DNA of 64,000 bases, taken from positions 186,001 to 250,000 of the forward strand of contig NC_087252.1 of assembly GCF_037042905.1 (NCBI RefSeq). Direction: 5' to 3'. Positions 27,497-38,730 of this stretch are shown here, one piece after another. Each line of letters opens with the position of its first letter. The first letter of the stretch is position 1. The position numbers and the translations under genes are program-made. The notes beneath the pieces were generated by a model that worked only from the letters and a program-made list of their open reading frames with translations, searched no databases and was not told the DNA's origin. Origin of the DNA: Lytechinus pictus. Its lineage: Eukaryota.

Positions 27497-29953
27497 ATGG
27501 TTTTTGTGTATGTATATACTCTTTTTGTATTAAGAAGTTTTTATTTGTCAACAACTTCAATTCATAATGATAATGATGATATTGTACTTCTACAACATCC
27601 AAATGCTGGTATATTTATAGTAGGTGATATGAATGACCTAGATGTTCAGAGTATTATCAATCTTGAAAATTTTAATCAAATTGTAAATGTGCCAACTAGA
27701 GAGGGTAATATACTAGATAAAATTATTACAAATTGTGAAAAGTTTTTCTTACCAGTGACTACACTATCACCCCTTGGTAGAAGTGATCATAATTGTATTT
27801 TATTATCCCCTTTGCCATCTATAACACGTTCAACAAAGAAAGTTAAAAGAAGAATAGTACGTCCAATTCCTGACAGTAGATTACGATTATTTGGTCAGTG
27901 GGTCACACACAATTCTTGGAGTGATGTGTTACAACCATCGGACCCTTCTGATAAGTGTTCTTCGTTTTCCAATTCTGTATTATCTAAATTGAATGAATTT
28001 CTGCCTACCAAACAAGTAGAACTAAATGACAATGATAAGGAATGGATGACTCCACAAATAAAAGACATGTTTATTCAAAGGGAAAGGGCATTTCAAACAA
28101 AAAATAAAACGCTTTTTCGACGTTTACGAAATAAGATAAGTTATAGAAAAAAATATTATTATAATACTCGTATATCACATCTCAAAACTACAAACCCAGG
28201 TGCTTGGTATAAACAAATTAAGGTAATAACTAAAGGCCAAGTAAACACCCCTGTTATAAGTGTAGAAGGTATTTCAGATAATGACCCTAAATGTTATATA
28301 AAAATAGCTGATGCTATCAATGAACAATTTATATCAGTAACTAAGGATCTAGAACCCCTTGACAAGAACAGATTGCCTGCATACTTGCCTTCAAATTCAA
28401 AATGCCCAGGAGTTCAACAATATGAAGTATACAATGCCCTTCGAAAGATAAAGAGCAGTAAAGCAGGTTTGAAGGAAGACCTTCCACCTCGCATTTTACG
28501 TGAATTTGCTTATGAATTTAGTAAACCTGTAACTGATATCTTAAATGCATCTTTTAATTTAGGTATTGTACCATGGCAGTGGAAAAAAAGTCAAATTGTT
28601 CCTCTCCCAAAGGCACAACCCCCTACTATTACTCAACTACGCCCAATTGCTCTAACAAGCCGTCTCTCTAAAATAGCAGAATCCTTTATTGTTAAATGGC
28701 TTTTGGAAGATGTTTCTCAATGTATTGATTTAAACCAATATGGCAACATTCCTGGATTATCAACATCGCATTATCTCATCAAATTATTACACAGTATTTT
28801 AGAAAATTGTGAGAAACCCAAATCTATATCAACTATTATTTGTACTGATTTTTCCAAAGCGTTTGACAAGTTGGACCATAATATTTTAGTTAGAAAATTA
28901 ATTGATTTTAGAGTTAGACCGTTTATTATTGATTGGATCATTAGTTTTTTAGAACAAAGATCTCAGTGTGTAAAATATCAGAATAACTTTTTCAGAATAT
29001 GTAACCACCCTTGCCGGAGTGCCCCAAGGCACGAAATTAGGACCCATTTTATTTTTGATTATGTTTAATGATGCTTGTCAAGAACAATTGTTGCCTTATT
29101 TCAAATACGTTGATGATCTCACGTTACTTGAAAACAGAAACTTACAAAAACTATCAATATTACAAAATGTATTAGATGATTTATTAGAATGGACAGACAG
29201 TAATCATATGACACTAAATCCTAGTAAGTGCATGGCAATGAACATAACATTTATGAAAAATGCACCCTTATGTGAGTCTTTGCATATCGGCGAATCAGAA
29301 CTGCCTTATGTTGATACCTTAAAGATTTTAGGAGTTTATATCCAATATAATTTAAAATGGGACTTCCATATAAATGAAATGTTAAAAAAGTGCAATAAAA
29401 AGCTCTATATGTTTAGATTAGTGAAAAAATATAAATTACCAATTTCTGACTTAATACAAACATATATCGGATACATTCGCCCTGTTTTAGAATATTGTGT
29501 GCCTGTGTTTGAAGATGCTTTAAAACGATGCAAACTGGATACACTAAAAGATAGACGTGAACAATTATGCTCTGATTTTGCAGTATCTGTGAGCAAAAAT
29601 CCACACTGTGAAAACTGGTTACCGGAAAGGAAAGTTGTTGGCATGACCTTACGCAATAAACAAAAATATATGCAATACAAATGCAGGACCTCCCGTTTTA
29701 AACATAGTGCAATACCGTATTTTATTGATCTTCTTAGTAACTCGTAAAGTGTATATTTTCATTGTAATTTTATTGTATACTGGATTTTTCTTAATGTATC
29801 ATTAGTTTTATCATTATTACATAATTTTTTAATGCTACATGTGCAATTGTTATATATATTTGTAAATACATACATTTCAGCTTTCTAGCTGCAGTATGTG
29901 TATGATTGTTTTAATGGAAATAAATAAACCATGAAATGAAATGAAATGAAATA
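27497..29953 (+). mobile_element. 5'-truncated non-LTR retrotransposon (CR1-group, Crack/Daphne/L2-like), frameshifted ORF2
   Basis: End of APE domain (IVGDMND, PTREGNILD, GRSDHN); RT motifs LRPIALTS, DFSKAFD, PQGTKLGP, KYVDD; frameshift near 28990-29020; 3' AATAAA plus (TGAAA)n tail at 29918-29953. Confidence 0.93.
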
Positions 29954-30323
29954 ATAACAAAATATTATCTCTTTACAAATTGATATATACATACATTGAA
30001 AGCTCATATACATGTATTTAACACTTAAGATCTTCTCTTTTTTCCTTGAGTGCTACAATAAAACCTTATAAACTCAACGTACTCATATCTTTTTTCTAGT
30101 GTCAAATATACACAACATAAAAAATGATATTCCAAATACATAAAAATAAATCATTATTAAAACCGAGACGGATTGAAGCCATTAACAAATATTTCCATAA
30201 AAACCTCCACCTCGGCCTCATTACTCATAATATTTCATATCCTAACCACATAAGTTCTCCCATGTACCCTCCCTACTACCCCCTCCCGACCTTTTTATAT
30301 ACTATACACACATGCACTTATAC

Positions 30324-30335
<12 letters not shown>

Positions 30336-30396
<61 letters not shown>

Positions 30397-30491
30397 GTAA
30401 AGAAATGGATGAAGAGAACAATCCATTTCTTTACACAATATTTAAAATAAAAGAGTTGCCAAAGGCCAAAGCTGTTGTACATGTATAGCTT

Positions 30492-30566
<75 letters not shown>
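30336..30566. repeat. (TA)n microsatellites
   Basis: Tracts at 30336-30393 and 30509-30566; others at 26395-26446 and 33437-33490. Confidence 0.95.
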
Positions 30567-30572
<6 letters not shown>

Positions 30573-33433
30573 CCCTCTTGGGAATATTCATGAGTATTCT
30601 AGATAAACGATTGGTCAATTTCGTGATCATGTGACAAAGTATAATTTCATTACGAAAACACATCGCTGCAATTAGCTCCGTATAGTTTTCTTGTAGCTCT
30701 GTATATTTTTCGATATACTTTCATGGGCAGAACTGCGCATGCTCATGCTCGATCTTTTCTCTCAACTTTGAATTGCGCATGCTCCCTGACTTTACCATAT
30801 CGATATCGATCATCCGCAAAAAGTAAACAAATTAACGTACCGAAAATCTGAAAAACAGTGTGGAATTGGGTCTAGATTACAATGCAGAAAATTTAATTCC
30901 GACGGCCATTCATACAGGATCCTTTAATACGGCCAACGCTTACTATTATGACACTTTATAAAATCCCATAGAAAGAAACATCAGCAATTCATTTTTAGAT
31001 AAAAAATATTGATGAAGTATGTTAAATGGTATGTAACGTCAGTTACCAAAAACATGAACTTTTTTTTCTCATTTCCCAGAAAACAGGTTATATTATATGA
31101 AACTCGGTAGATTTCCTCTATAGGTAACACCCCTCCCTTCTACACCAAAAGTAAAGATAATCAATAAACAATCAAGTCATAGGGTATCATTAAATATGTG
31201 TAATGTCAGTTACCAAGTGGAAAATGTAATATCAGTTACCGAGATGAAATGTCAGTTACCATAATAAAATGTTGGCTACTAATAGTGAAATGCAAATGTG
31301 GTCAATTTTATGGTGAAGAATATATTTAATATTTGTTATTGAAATCTTTCACTTCGTTAAATCACACCAGAAGGGGCTTGCTATTGACTTTTAAAAGGTA
31401 TAGTTCACAAAAAATACTATATGAAATTATGAAGGAAGTTGAATTCCCATCGTGCAAAAAAAAAATATTATGAAATTGTTTTTTTCATATGTACATGTAC
31501 TTACCAAGTACCTAATTTATTTTCGGTTTTCGGGGGGGGGGTACTTTTTTGATAAGCTTAACATTGCGATGAGTGGGGGTTTCCACTGCCCCTTTTTTAG
31601 TTTCTAGGGTTCTTTTGAGCATTGCCGGGCTAAAAGTAAATGCCTGGTTTTTTTAAACAAAATCAACAACTCAATACAAACAATAATATTATTTAATACA
31701 AATTATCATAGATAAGCATAAATAAATGTAAAATATGAAATGTATACCTAATATAACAATAGAAAAAAGTACTGCAATGTATTCTTGTAATTGGTTCTAA
31801 AATAATGACAAAGAAAGAAAGAAAATGAGAGATGTGGATATGAGGAGCCAAAAGTAAAAGCAGAGCTTGTTGGTTAAAGGCTCCAAAGAATATGTAGTGA
31901 GAGTCCCATAACAATATCGATACGACAAGAAAAAATTATACATAATATCGACGATGAACTCACAGCATACCTGTTAGCAGTTGTAGATGTGTGATACAAT
32001 TTTTGTTTGTGGTTTACAAGTATAGATGAAAAGTAAAATTTGACAGTTCGGATCACTGTTCCATGGATCTACTAAAACTGTGTCTTTTTTCAAATTTATA
32101 ATTTTTTTGACAGCTTTAAAAAAGTAGCAAAGAGAATGATTAAACAAATTACGAAGAAAATTGATTATTTGAAATCCGACAGATATGAACAAGCTTTGCT
32201 TGCACTGACCAGAATAGAAAATCAATGAAACTGCATGATTGCATGAGATTTGGGGAGGGGTAGGGGAAGAGACCCTTGTTCATTTTGCCTATTTTTGAGG
32301 GGAGGGGAGGTTGTAGAAGGAAAAAGTTTAAAAAGTCAATACAAACTGATGAATATATGTAAATGGGTGTGTAGTCAGAAAAATCCATGTGTAAATACAA
32401 TGCGATATCAAATTACTATAGGAATACATGTAGCTGTTATGCCCCCCCCCCCCCCCGAGTAAGTAAAACATATACATTTCCTATCTTTTGATAATTTCAA
32501 ATGTGAAGTATTATAACGATTATGATTTTAAAAAGCCTTATATATTACCAAGAAAATAATGCCTTTAAAAATCATAAAGCACTGTTACATGTTAATGTGT
32601 GATGTCAGTTACCGAAATTAATAATAAAATGTTCAAATCAAAGAAAAGGAATTAAAAAAAGGAAAGTTTTTTATTGAAATGTTCCTAGAAACTCAGGTAT
32701 ACTGCCATTTCAAACTCATTCTCATGTGAAGCCCTGCACAGAAGATACAATGCAGTGATTCCACACATTTTACCTCCATTTGTTATCTCTATGGCAATTT
32801 AAGTGTAACGTCATTTACCAGCATGGTCGTGGAAAAATTATCATAGCCCCCAAAAGACAATAACAAATTATTTAATATTTGGACACATCTTAACCTAGTA
32901 ACGAAGGTATATTTACATATTCAACCTGAACTACTCCATCTACTCAGGGACATGAGATATTTCAAATTTACTGAACACCCTGAAATTGCATGTCCTCATC
33001 GCCTAACGTTAGTCACCGACACATTTTGCTTGCTGATGCGTAACAAATGTGGTTGCATTGAAAAACTTAGTATCACAGTATATACAACAAGGTTCACTTT
33101 ATTAACTCTATCAAAAGCAAACTCCCATCATTTGTTGTTTTAGAGATACACACAATGAAAGGTGTGTAATATTGTGCCGTGTAACGTCGTGTACCGTGAA
33201 AATGCCCGGTATGATAAAAAAAAAAGCCTAGCTCCATTGCCTTGTTTTACATGCCAATTGGCTTTTTTTTTTTTTTTTTTATTCTTTTCATATTTTTTTT
33301 TTGGTTTAAATTATGTTTATTCAGAAATAACTGAGATTTAAAAAATTATCTAAATAAAAGGGGCAAAACTTGATGTTTTCAGCTTATCTACATAATAAAA
33401 AACATGAAAAATATAACATAGTCCTGTGATAGA

Positions 33434-33478
<45 letters not shown>

Positions 33479-33725
33479 TACATATATATATAATAGTGTG
33501 ATTAATCTTGGCGATGCACGTGTAAGGGTCTCCTTCATAATTATATACATATATACATTCAGCTATAGAAAGAAATATCCGAATTTTGTACAAGAGTATT
33601 CAAAAGACTACTAACTGTTTATTTCCACTCCTTTAGGCAGCAGTTTGATTTCCGTCAAGACATTGCAATCATGCCAATTATAACTTATACATTTTGTGTT
33701 AAAACAATGCATCGTAGTTTCAAAA

Positions 33726-35744
33726 TCATTGGATAATCTCACGTGCGAATTCCTGGACAGTTACTTTATTGAAAACTGACAATTTCTGGGATGTGCACAT
33801 AACCAGACAAGTAGGACTGAGAGCAGCCAAAGAGATGATATAATCATCATCATCACCATCCATCATCACTTCTAGACCACAAATCACTGTCTCCTCTTTC
33901 GACAGATCACCCCCTACATACTTCCTAATTGTGATGAGCCTACTATCTTTGGTATAGGCAATGAACAAACTACCTTCTTCATCAGCGGCGTGACCAACAT
34001 TTCTACCATGAACCCTGACCTGTTTATCGAGGCTGGTTTCAGATATAACAATCCTCTGACTCCATGGACTCATTGAACAATGCACAGTCCTCACTGATTT
34101 TCCATTGACGATCAAGATCTCAAGGTTGGAAACATCTGAACCACTGCTCCCACGAATCTGCATTCGAATAGGCTTGTCACCAACACGCAACGACAGGTCG
34201 ACTGAGCGTTCAGGTATACCTTCTTTCAAAGAGTAGCTATTAACTCGGTCTCCATTCAACAGGAAGAAGCTATTGTTATTAGCTGTAATTAAGCATGGGT
34301 TATCGTCTTCAGAAGTGTCTTGTCCAAAAATAATGTTCTGCTTCCGTTTGCAGACACGGCTCACATCACCGAATTCGTTAAGAACTAGAAGAGAATTGTT
34401 GGACAGTGGGGCCAGATCCTTGACAGCACACATTGTACGGACTGATCTGCTGTCATGGCTGTTGGAGCGTTGACAAGATTTGTCAAATATCTCAATGTCT
34501 CTCTCTACGCTGAATCCCACAGCCAAAAGTCCATTAGACAATTCAATGATACTCGATGGGTTTCCTTTGGAGTCAGTTCCGCTGGGAAATTTGGTCTGTT
34601 TTAGCATCCAATGACCTGTATTCGACATAATTCTGCCAACCACACCCTTCTTTGTTGGATCCTGTTGGAATCTAATGGTTGAAATAAAACCTGAAAGATG
34701 TTGCAGAGAACCAGACGAAGTTGGCAGTGTAGTTGGCAGTGCATTTTGTTTCTGTGACTGATACCCACTAGTAATTTCATCATGCATTTCAATAAGAGCG
34801 CTGGCACTACCTTTCAAGGTGTCTTCAGTGAGACTGTTCAGTTCTGCTATGGACATTTTTTCCTCTACAGTTATACCGCATTGCTTCTGCAGTGCTGTTT
34901 CAATAGAACCTTTCATATCTTGCAATTGTTGCTCAACATTCCTCTTTCTGTCATCAAGAAGTTTATGCTCTTCATCAAAAGTTTCATCAATAGCTGTTTT
35001 AACTGCTGTGAACTTGGTGGAGACTTCTTGTTCAATGATTTGCATTAGTTGTTGTTGAAGTTTCCCTTGTTCCTTTTCTCTATTTCTACCCCACTTAAGT
35101 AAATCTCGAAGATTCTCTTCCATCATTCTAACTACCTTGTTTATTGGGGTGGTGTGGTGCTTCCAGTCTTCCCTGTGATACTTCATACCACAAGACCCAC
35201 AGATTATACATTTGCATGTATGGCAAAAGAACTCGGCTGTCTGACGCATTTCATGCTGGGATTGGCATGCAATACCAATTTCCTTATCTGCTGCCTGATG
35301 TTCCTTAACGAAATCCACCATCATTTCAGCTAGACCATTTTTTGCAAGACCAATGGCCCCGCCTTGGAATGGCATTTTCGTCTTCTTTCTGCAGAGAGGA
35401 CATGACACTGACATGGATGATGAGCTGTTTCTATAGTCCATTAGTTTGCGTATGCACCCATAACAAAGTGTGTGGTTACATGCTAAGAATCGGGGATCTT
35501 TAAACAGATCACGACACACACAGCATTCGACTTCTTTCTCAAATGAAGCAGTATTGCCTTTACCTTTACCCGATATTCTGGACTCGGAGTGCTGTGGATC
35601 CCAGCAGTCAGTCTTCCAGTCCAGTGCCATCATAGAACCCCTATATTTTAATGATTTGATTGCTCTCGTCCCAGGGTCGTTTTGGCACAGATCTCGTATA
35701 GGGCGAGCAGAACCGAACCAGTCTGCTCTTGAATTTGCAGCCAT
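33726..35744 (-). CDS. Intronless TRIM E3 ubiquitin ligase (RING, B-box2, coiled coil, degenerate NHL/beta-propeller-like C-terminus)
   Basis: Uninterrupted ORF. RING CCVCRDLFKDPRFLACNHTLCYGC...CPLCR; B-box CQSQH...FFCHTCKCIICGSC...H...HH; helical E/Q/K-rich segment; beta-strand repeats. First ATG at 35744 (alternatives 35633/35630). AATAAA on the minus strand at 33618-33623. Confidence 0.92.
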   Translation of the reverse strand: MAANSRADWFGSARPIRDLCQNDPGTRAIKSLKYRGSMMALDWKTDCWDPQHSESRISGKGKGNTASFEKEVECCVCRDLFKDPRFLACNHTLCYGCIRKLMDYRNSSSSMSVSCPLCRKKTKMPFQGGAIGLAKNGLAEMMVDFVKEHQAADKEIGIACQSQHEMRQTAEFFCHTCKCIICGSCGMKYHREDWKHHTTPINKVVRMMEENLRDLLKWGRNREKEQGKLQQQLMQIIEQEVSTKFTAVKTAIDETFDEEHKLLDDRKRNVEQQLQDMKGSIETALQKQCGITVEEKMSIAELNSLTEDTLKGSASALIEMHDEITSGYQSQKQNALPTTLPTSSGSLQHLSGFISTIRFQQDPTKKGVVGRIMSNTGHWMLKQTKFPSGTDSKGNPSSIIELSNGLLAVGFSVERDIEIFDKSCQRSNSHDSRSVRTMCAVKDLAPLSNNSLLVLNEFGDVSRVCKRKQNIIFGQDTSEDDNPCLITANNNSFFLLNGDRVNSYSLKEGIPERSVDLSLRVGDKPIRMQIRGSSGSDVSNLEILIVNGKSVRTVHCSMSPWSQRIVISETSLDKQVRVHGRNVGHAADEEGSLFIAYTKDSRLITIRKYVGGDLSKEETVICGLEVMMDGDDDDYIISLAALSPTCLVMCTSQKLSVFNKVTVQEFAREIIQ

Positions 35745-36034
35745 TCCGGGATTCCGAGCGACGTTGATGTAAAGCACGTTACACTATAATTATGATCCGA
35801 CTACGACGCGATTTCAGAACAATTCGCAGTAGTTTTAATGAAAATTTGAAAGTTCCAAGAAGGAAGATATTTTATTTATAGTTCTGCATGCCAAGAATAC
35901 TAAAATTGGGATTCTGCTTTGCTTCAAGCCTTGTGGTCGTAGTAAAGTCTGTATCGGCTTCAAATCGTAGCCGATATCACCATTACGATTTAGAATTGAA
36001 CTGACCAGAATACAGGGAGACACAAAATGAGACT

Positions 36035-36165
36035 GGAATTTCGATTTCAATAGTTTATCCACTGGTTTTTCCCGAAACCACATAGCTGTGGCAAACTCCG
36101 ATTGGTTGAGGACGCACACCACCAATAATTGTTTCGTCATATTGGGGATTCCCCCTGACGTCATT
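36035..36165 (-). promoter_or_regulatory. Putative promoter of the TRIM gene
   Basis: GGGGATTCCCC 36144-36154 next to TGACGTCA 36156-36163; CCAAT/ATTGG at 36101, 36122 and 36141; IRF-like GAAATCGAAA (minus) 36039-36048; GAS-like TTCCCGAAA 36069-36077. Confidence 0.65.
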
Positions 36166-36379
36166 CAAAGAAATAAATTCATACAAAATTAATGATGCAG
36201 ATATAATTTTTTTCGCTCATGAATGTGAATAGCTAGGACTATTACTGCTTCAGAAAAGTCCAGTTAGGTAGTATCATGTGATCCTTTTAGTATTTTATAG
36301 GGACTTTAATTGCCCCCCAAATACCTATATCATCACTGTTGCAGCATAATTATGTTGTTGTTGTTTCAGAGCATGGGTT

Positions 36380-37050
36380 GTTATTCATGAATTTGACATG
36401 TAGAAATCTGTATTTCCGAATTCATAATATTAATAGTATTAGAAAATCCATGTGCACAAATGTAACTTCATCTGTTATACATTCATACATTATTTCTCGT
36501 TTAGACTATGGCAATGCGCTGTTGTTCAATGCTAACAATGATCAGATCCGCAAGCTTCAAAGAGTGCAAAATGCCGCTGCCCGAATTCTTAGTAAAAAAA
36601 CTTCGAAATATACGCATATAACGCCTGTTCTAAAAGAACTTCACTGGTTGCCTTTGATGGAGAGAATAAAATTCAAGATTTTGTGGCTTTCATTGAAAAT
36701 TGTTAATGATTGTGCTCCTCATTATCTTATTGATCTTATCTCTGAATATGTACCCTCTAGAAATCTAAGATCTTCAGGGACCGGGTTGTTGACAACTCGT
36801 ACAATCAAATGCTCAATTGGTGAAAAAGCTTTTGCTCATAGTGCTCCAACTTTGTGTAATGCACTCTCATCAACAATAAGCAAAGCCAAATCTACAGAGT
36901 CATTCAAAGCCAACCTTAAAACATATCTATTTTCATCATATTTCAAATAACACCCCCTCTCTGTGTAATAATTCCATCTGCGCCTCTGAATAGGATTCTA
37001 GATAGAAGGCGCACTCTAAATGCTATATTATTATTATTATTATTATTATT
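36380..37050 (+). mobile_element. L2-clade LINE 3' fragment
   Basis: ISRLDYGNALL...LQRVQNAAAR...HITPVLKELHWLP...FKANLKTYLF; (TAT)n tail at 37025-37050. Confidence 0.9.
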
Positions 37051-37149
37051 CGTCTATGGGTTCAGACCCTCTACCAAGAAAAATAGCTTAAAAACATGGT
37101 AGCATATTTTCAGAAAATCAAGGATATTTGTGAATGACCGCTAATAAAA

Positions 37150-37870
37150 ATAAAACATTGCTTATATGGCGCATATAACAATTATAATCATGTCCTATGT
37201 GCTTTACAAAGAAGAATAGAAGGATATGAGAAGAAAGAAAAGCCTGTTCACAGAGGAGCAAATATATGATCAATTAATAGGTACATGTATATCTTATTTT
37301 ACAAAAAGGAATGTCTTGAAAAGGGACCTAAAGGAGTCTACATCCTCTTCTGAATTTTGGAATAAATTACCCTATATTGTTAAGCTAATAATTTATTAGC
37401 TTAACAATACATGTATAGGGTAATTTATTCCAAAGTTCAGAAGAGGAATGAACGAGCGCCGTAGAATTGAGTGTTAATTTTGGGAAATACAAGGAGAGAT
37501 TTGTTGTTTGACCTTTTTTCTTTGGGGTACATGCTGTTCGATGAGTTCTATAGAATGACGATTGACCTTGTAATCATTGGTATGTTAGGAGTAATATCTT
37601 GTATTCAATAAGGGATTTTGCAGGAAGCCAGTGTAATTCTTGTAGTATTATGGTGTTATGTGTTCGCCGCGCCTCGTTGTTGTTAATAGTCTCGCTGCAG
37701 AGTTTTGGATCCGCTGAAGTTTATGAATTTGATTATCAGGGAGGCGATACAAAAGGCTATTTCAAAAGTCAATCGCATGATATTACAAAAGCGTGAACCA
37801 GCAGAAGCTGTTATTAAAAATGACATCCCCACCAATACAAATCCTATTATCTGGAGACGTTCCAAGGACC
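37150..37870 (-). mobile_element. Degenerate L2-type LINE 3' fragment, antisense
   Basis: Minus strand reads LQELHWLPA near 37620-37647; frame-disrupted; AATAAA-containing end near 37150. Confidence 0.6.
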
Positions 37871-38096
37871 CCCGTTTTCATAAACATTTGTCGTTCCTAA
37901 GCCCGTTCGGAGGACCCACCTTTTTACAATAAGCCCGCTCCAAGGCCCCCGTTTTTTGTCTCGCCCACGGCACATATATACCCACTACTTTTTTGGTCGA
38001 GTGCCCCCCCCCCCCCCCGGGTAGCTTTGCCACTTATGTAGAACAGATTCAAATTCACTAAGCTTCTGATCAGTCGTTTGATAGGTGATATGTTTT

Positions 38097-38730
38097 CAGC
38101 GCTTCTCAACCGGTGGGCCGCGAAGCTCTCTCAGGTGTGCCACGAGAACCTCCAGAGAAGAAAAAAATAGAGGGGGGGGGGGATTATTGTATTTTTAATA
38201 TGTTCTATTTAATGTCCGAAAACAAAGGTAAAGTTATGCCTACAGGTAGCATGTTGTGATATACATACACATTGTATGATGGTTTCGATCTAACTTTCAT
38301 GTGAAACTGCAGGCCTCATTTGCATTGTGTATGTAGTTAATTATCGCCCATTCATCGTCCTTTGCAAATGCATTTATTTCTCAAACTGATTGCTTCGAAT
38401 GTCCTTAAGAGCTTATGTTCAAATTTCATGAAACATATTTTCATCAAACTGGACCGAAGGGGTGTGGATCGAGGAAACAAATCTACTGTTAAAAAGTCGC
38501 AGAAGTAACTGCAAGAAAATATGACCCTGAATACATTAAATTTGGATTTATCATAACTGCGCAGTGAAGCAAAACCAAAAGCAAAATGTGTGTCGAATGT
38601 GCTGAAGTTATTGTCAAATAAGGCGCTTAAAATCCGTCAGAGCTTCAGAGTTACCTAAACATAAAACATCCGAAGAGCGCAGGATCAAAGCCAAAACAGT
38701 GTTTCGAGAGGAAAAAGGCTGGATTTTCAT
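38097..38730 (+). mobile_element. hAT (Charlie/Buster-like) transposon 5' relic
   Basis: Terminus CAGCGCTTCTCAACC at 38097; frameshifted BED-finger remnant RKYDPEYIKFGF...KCV.C...LSN...LNIKHP at about 38513-38673. Confidence 0.7.
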
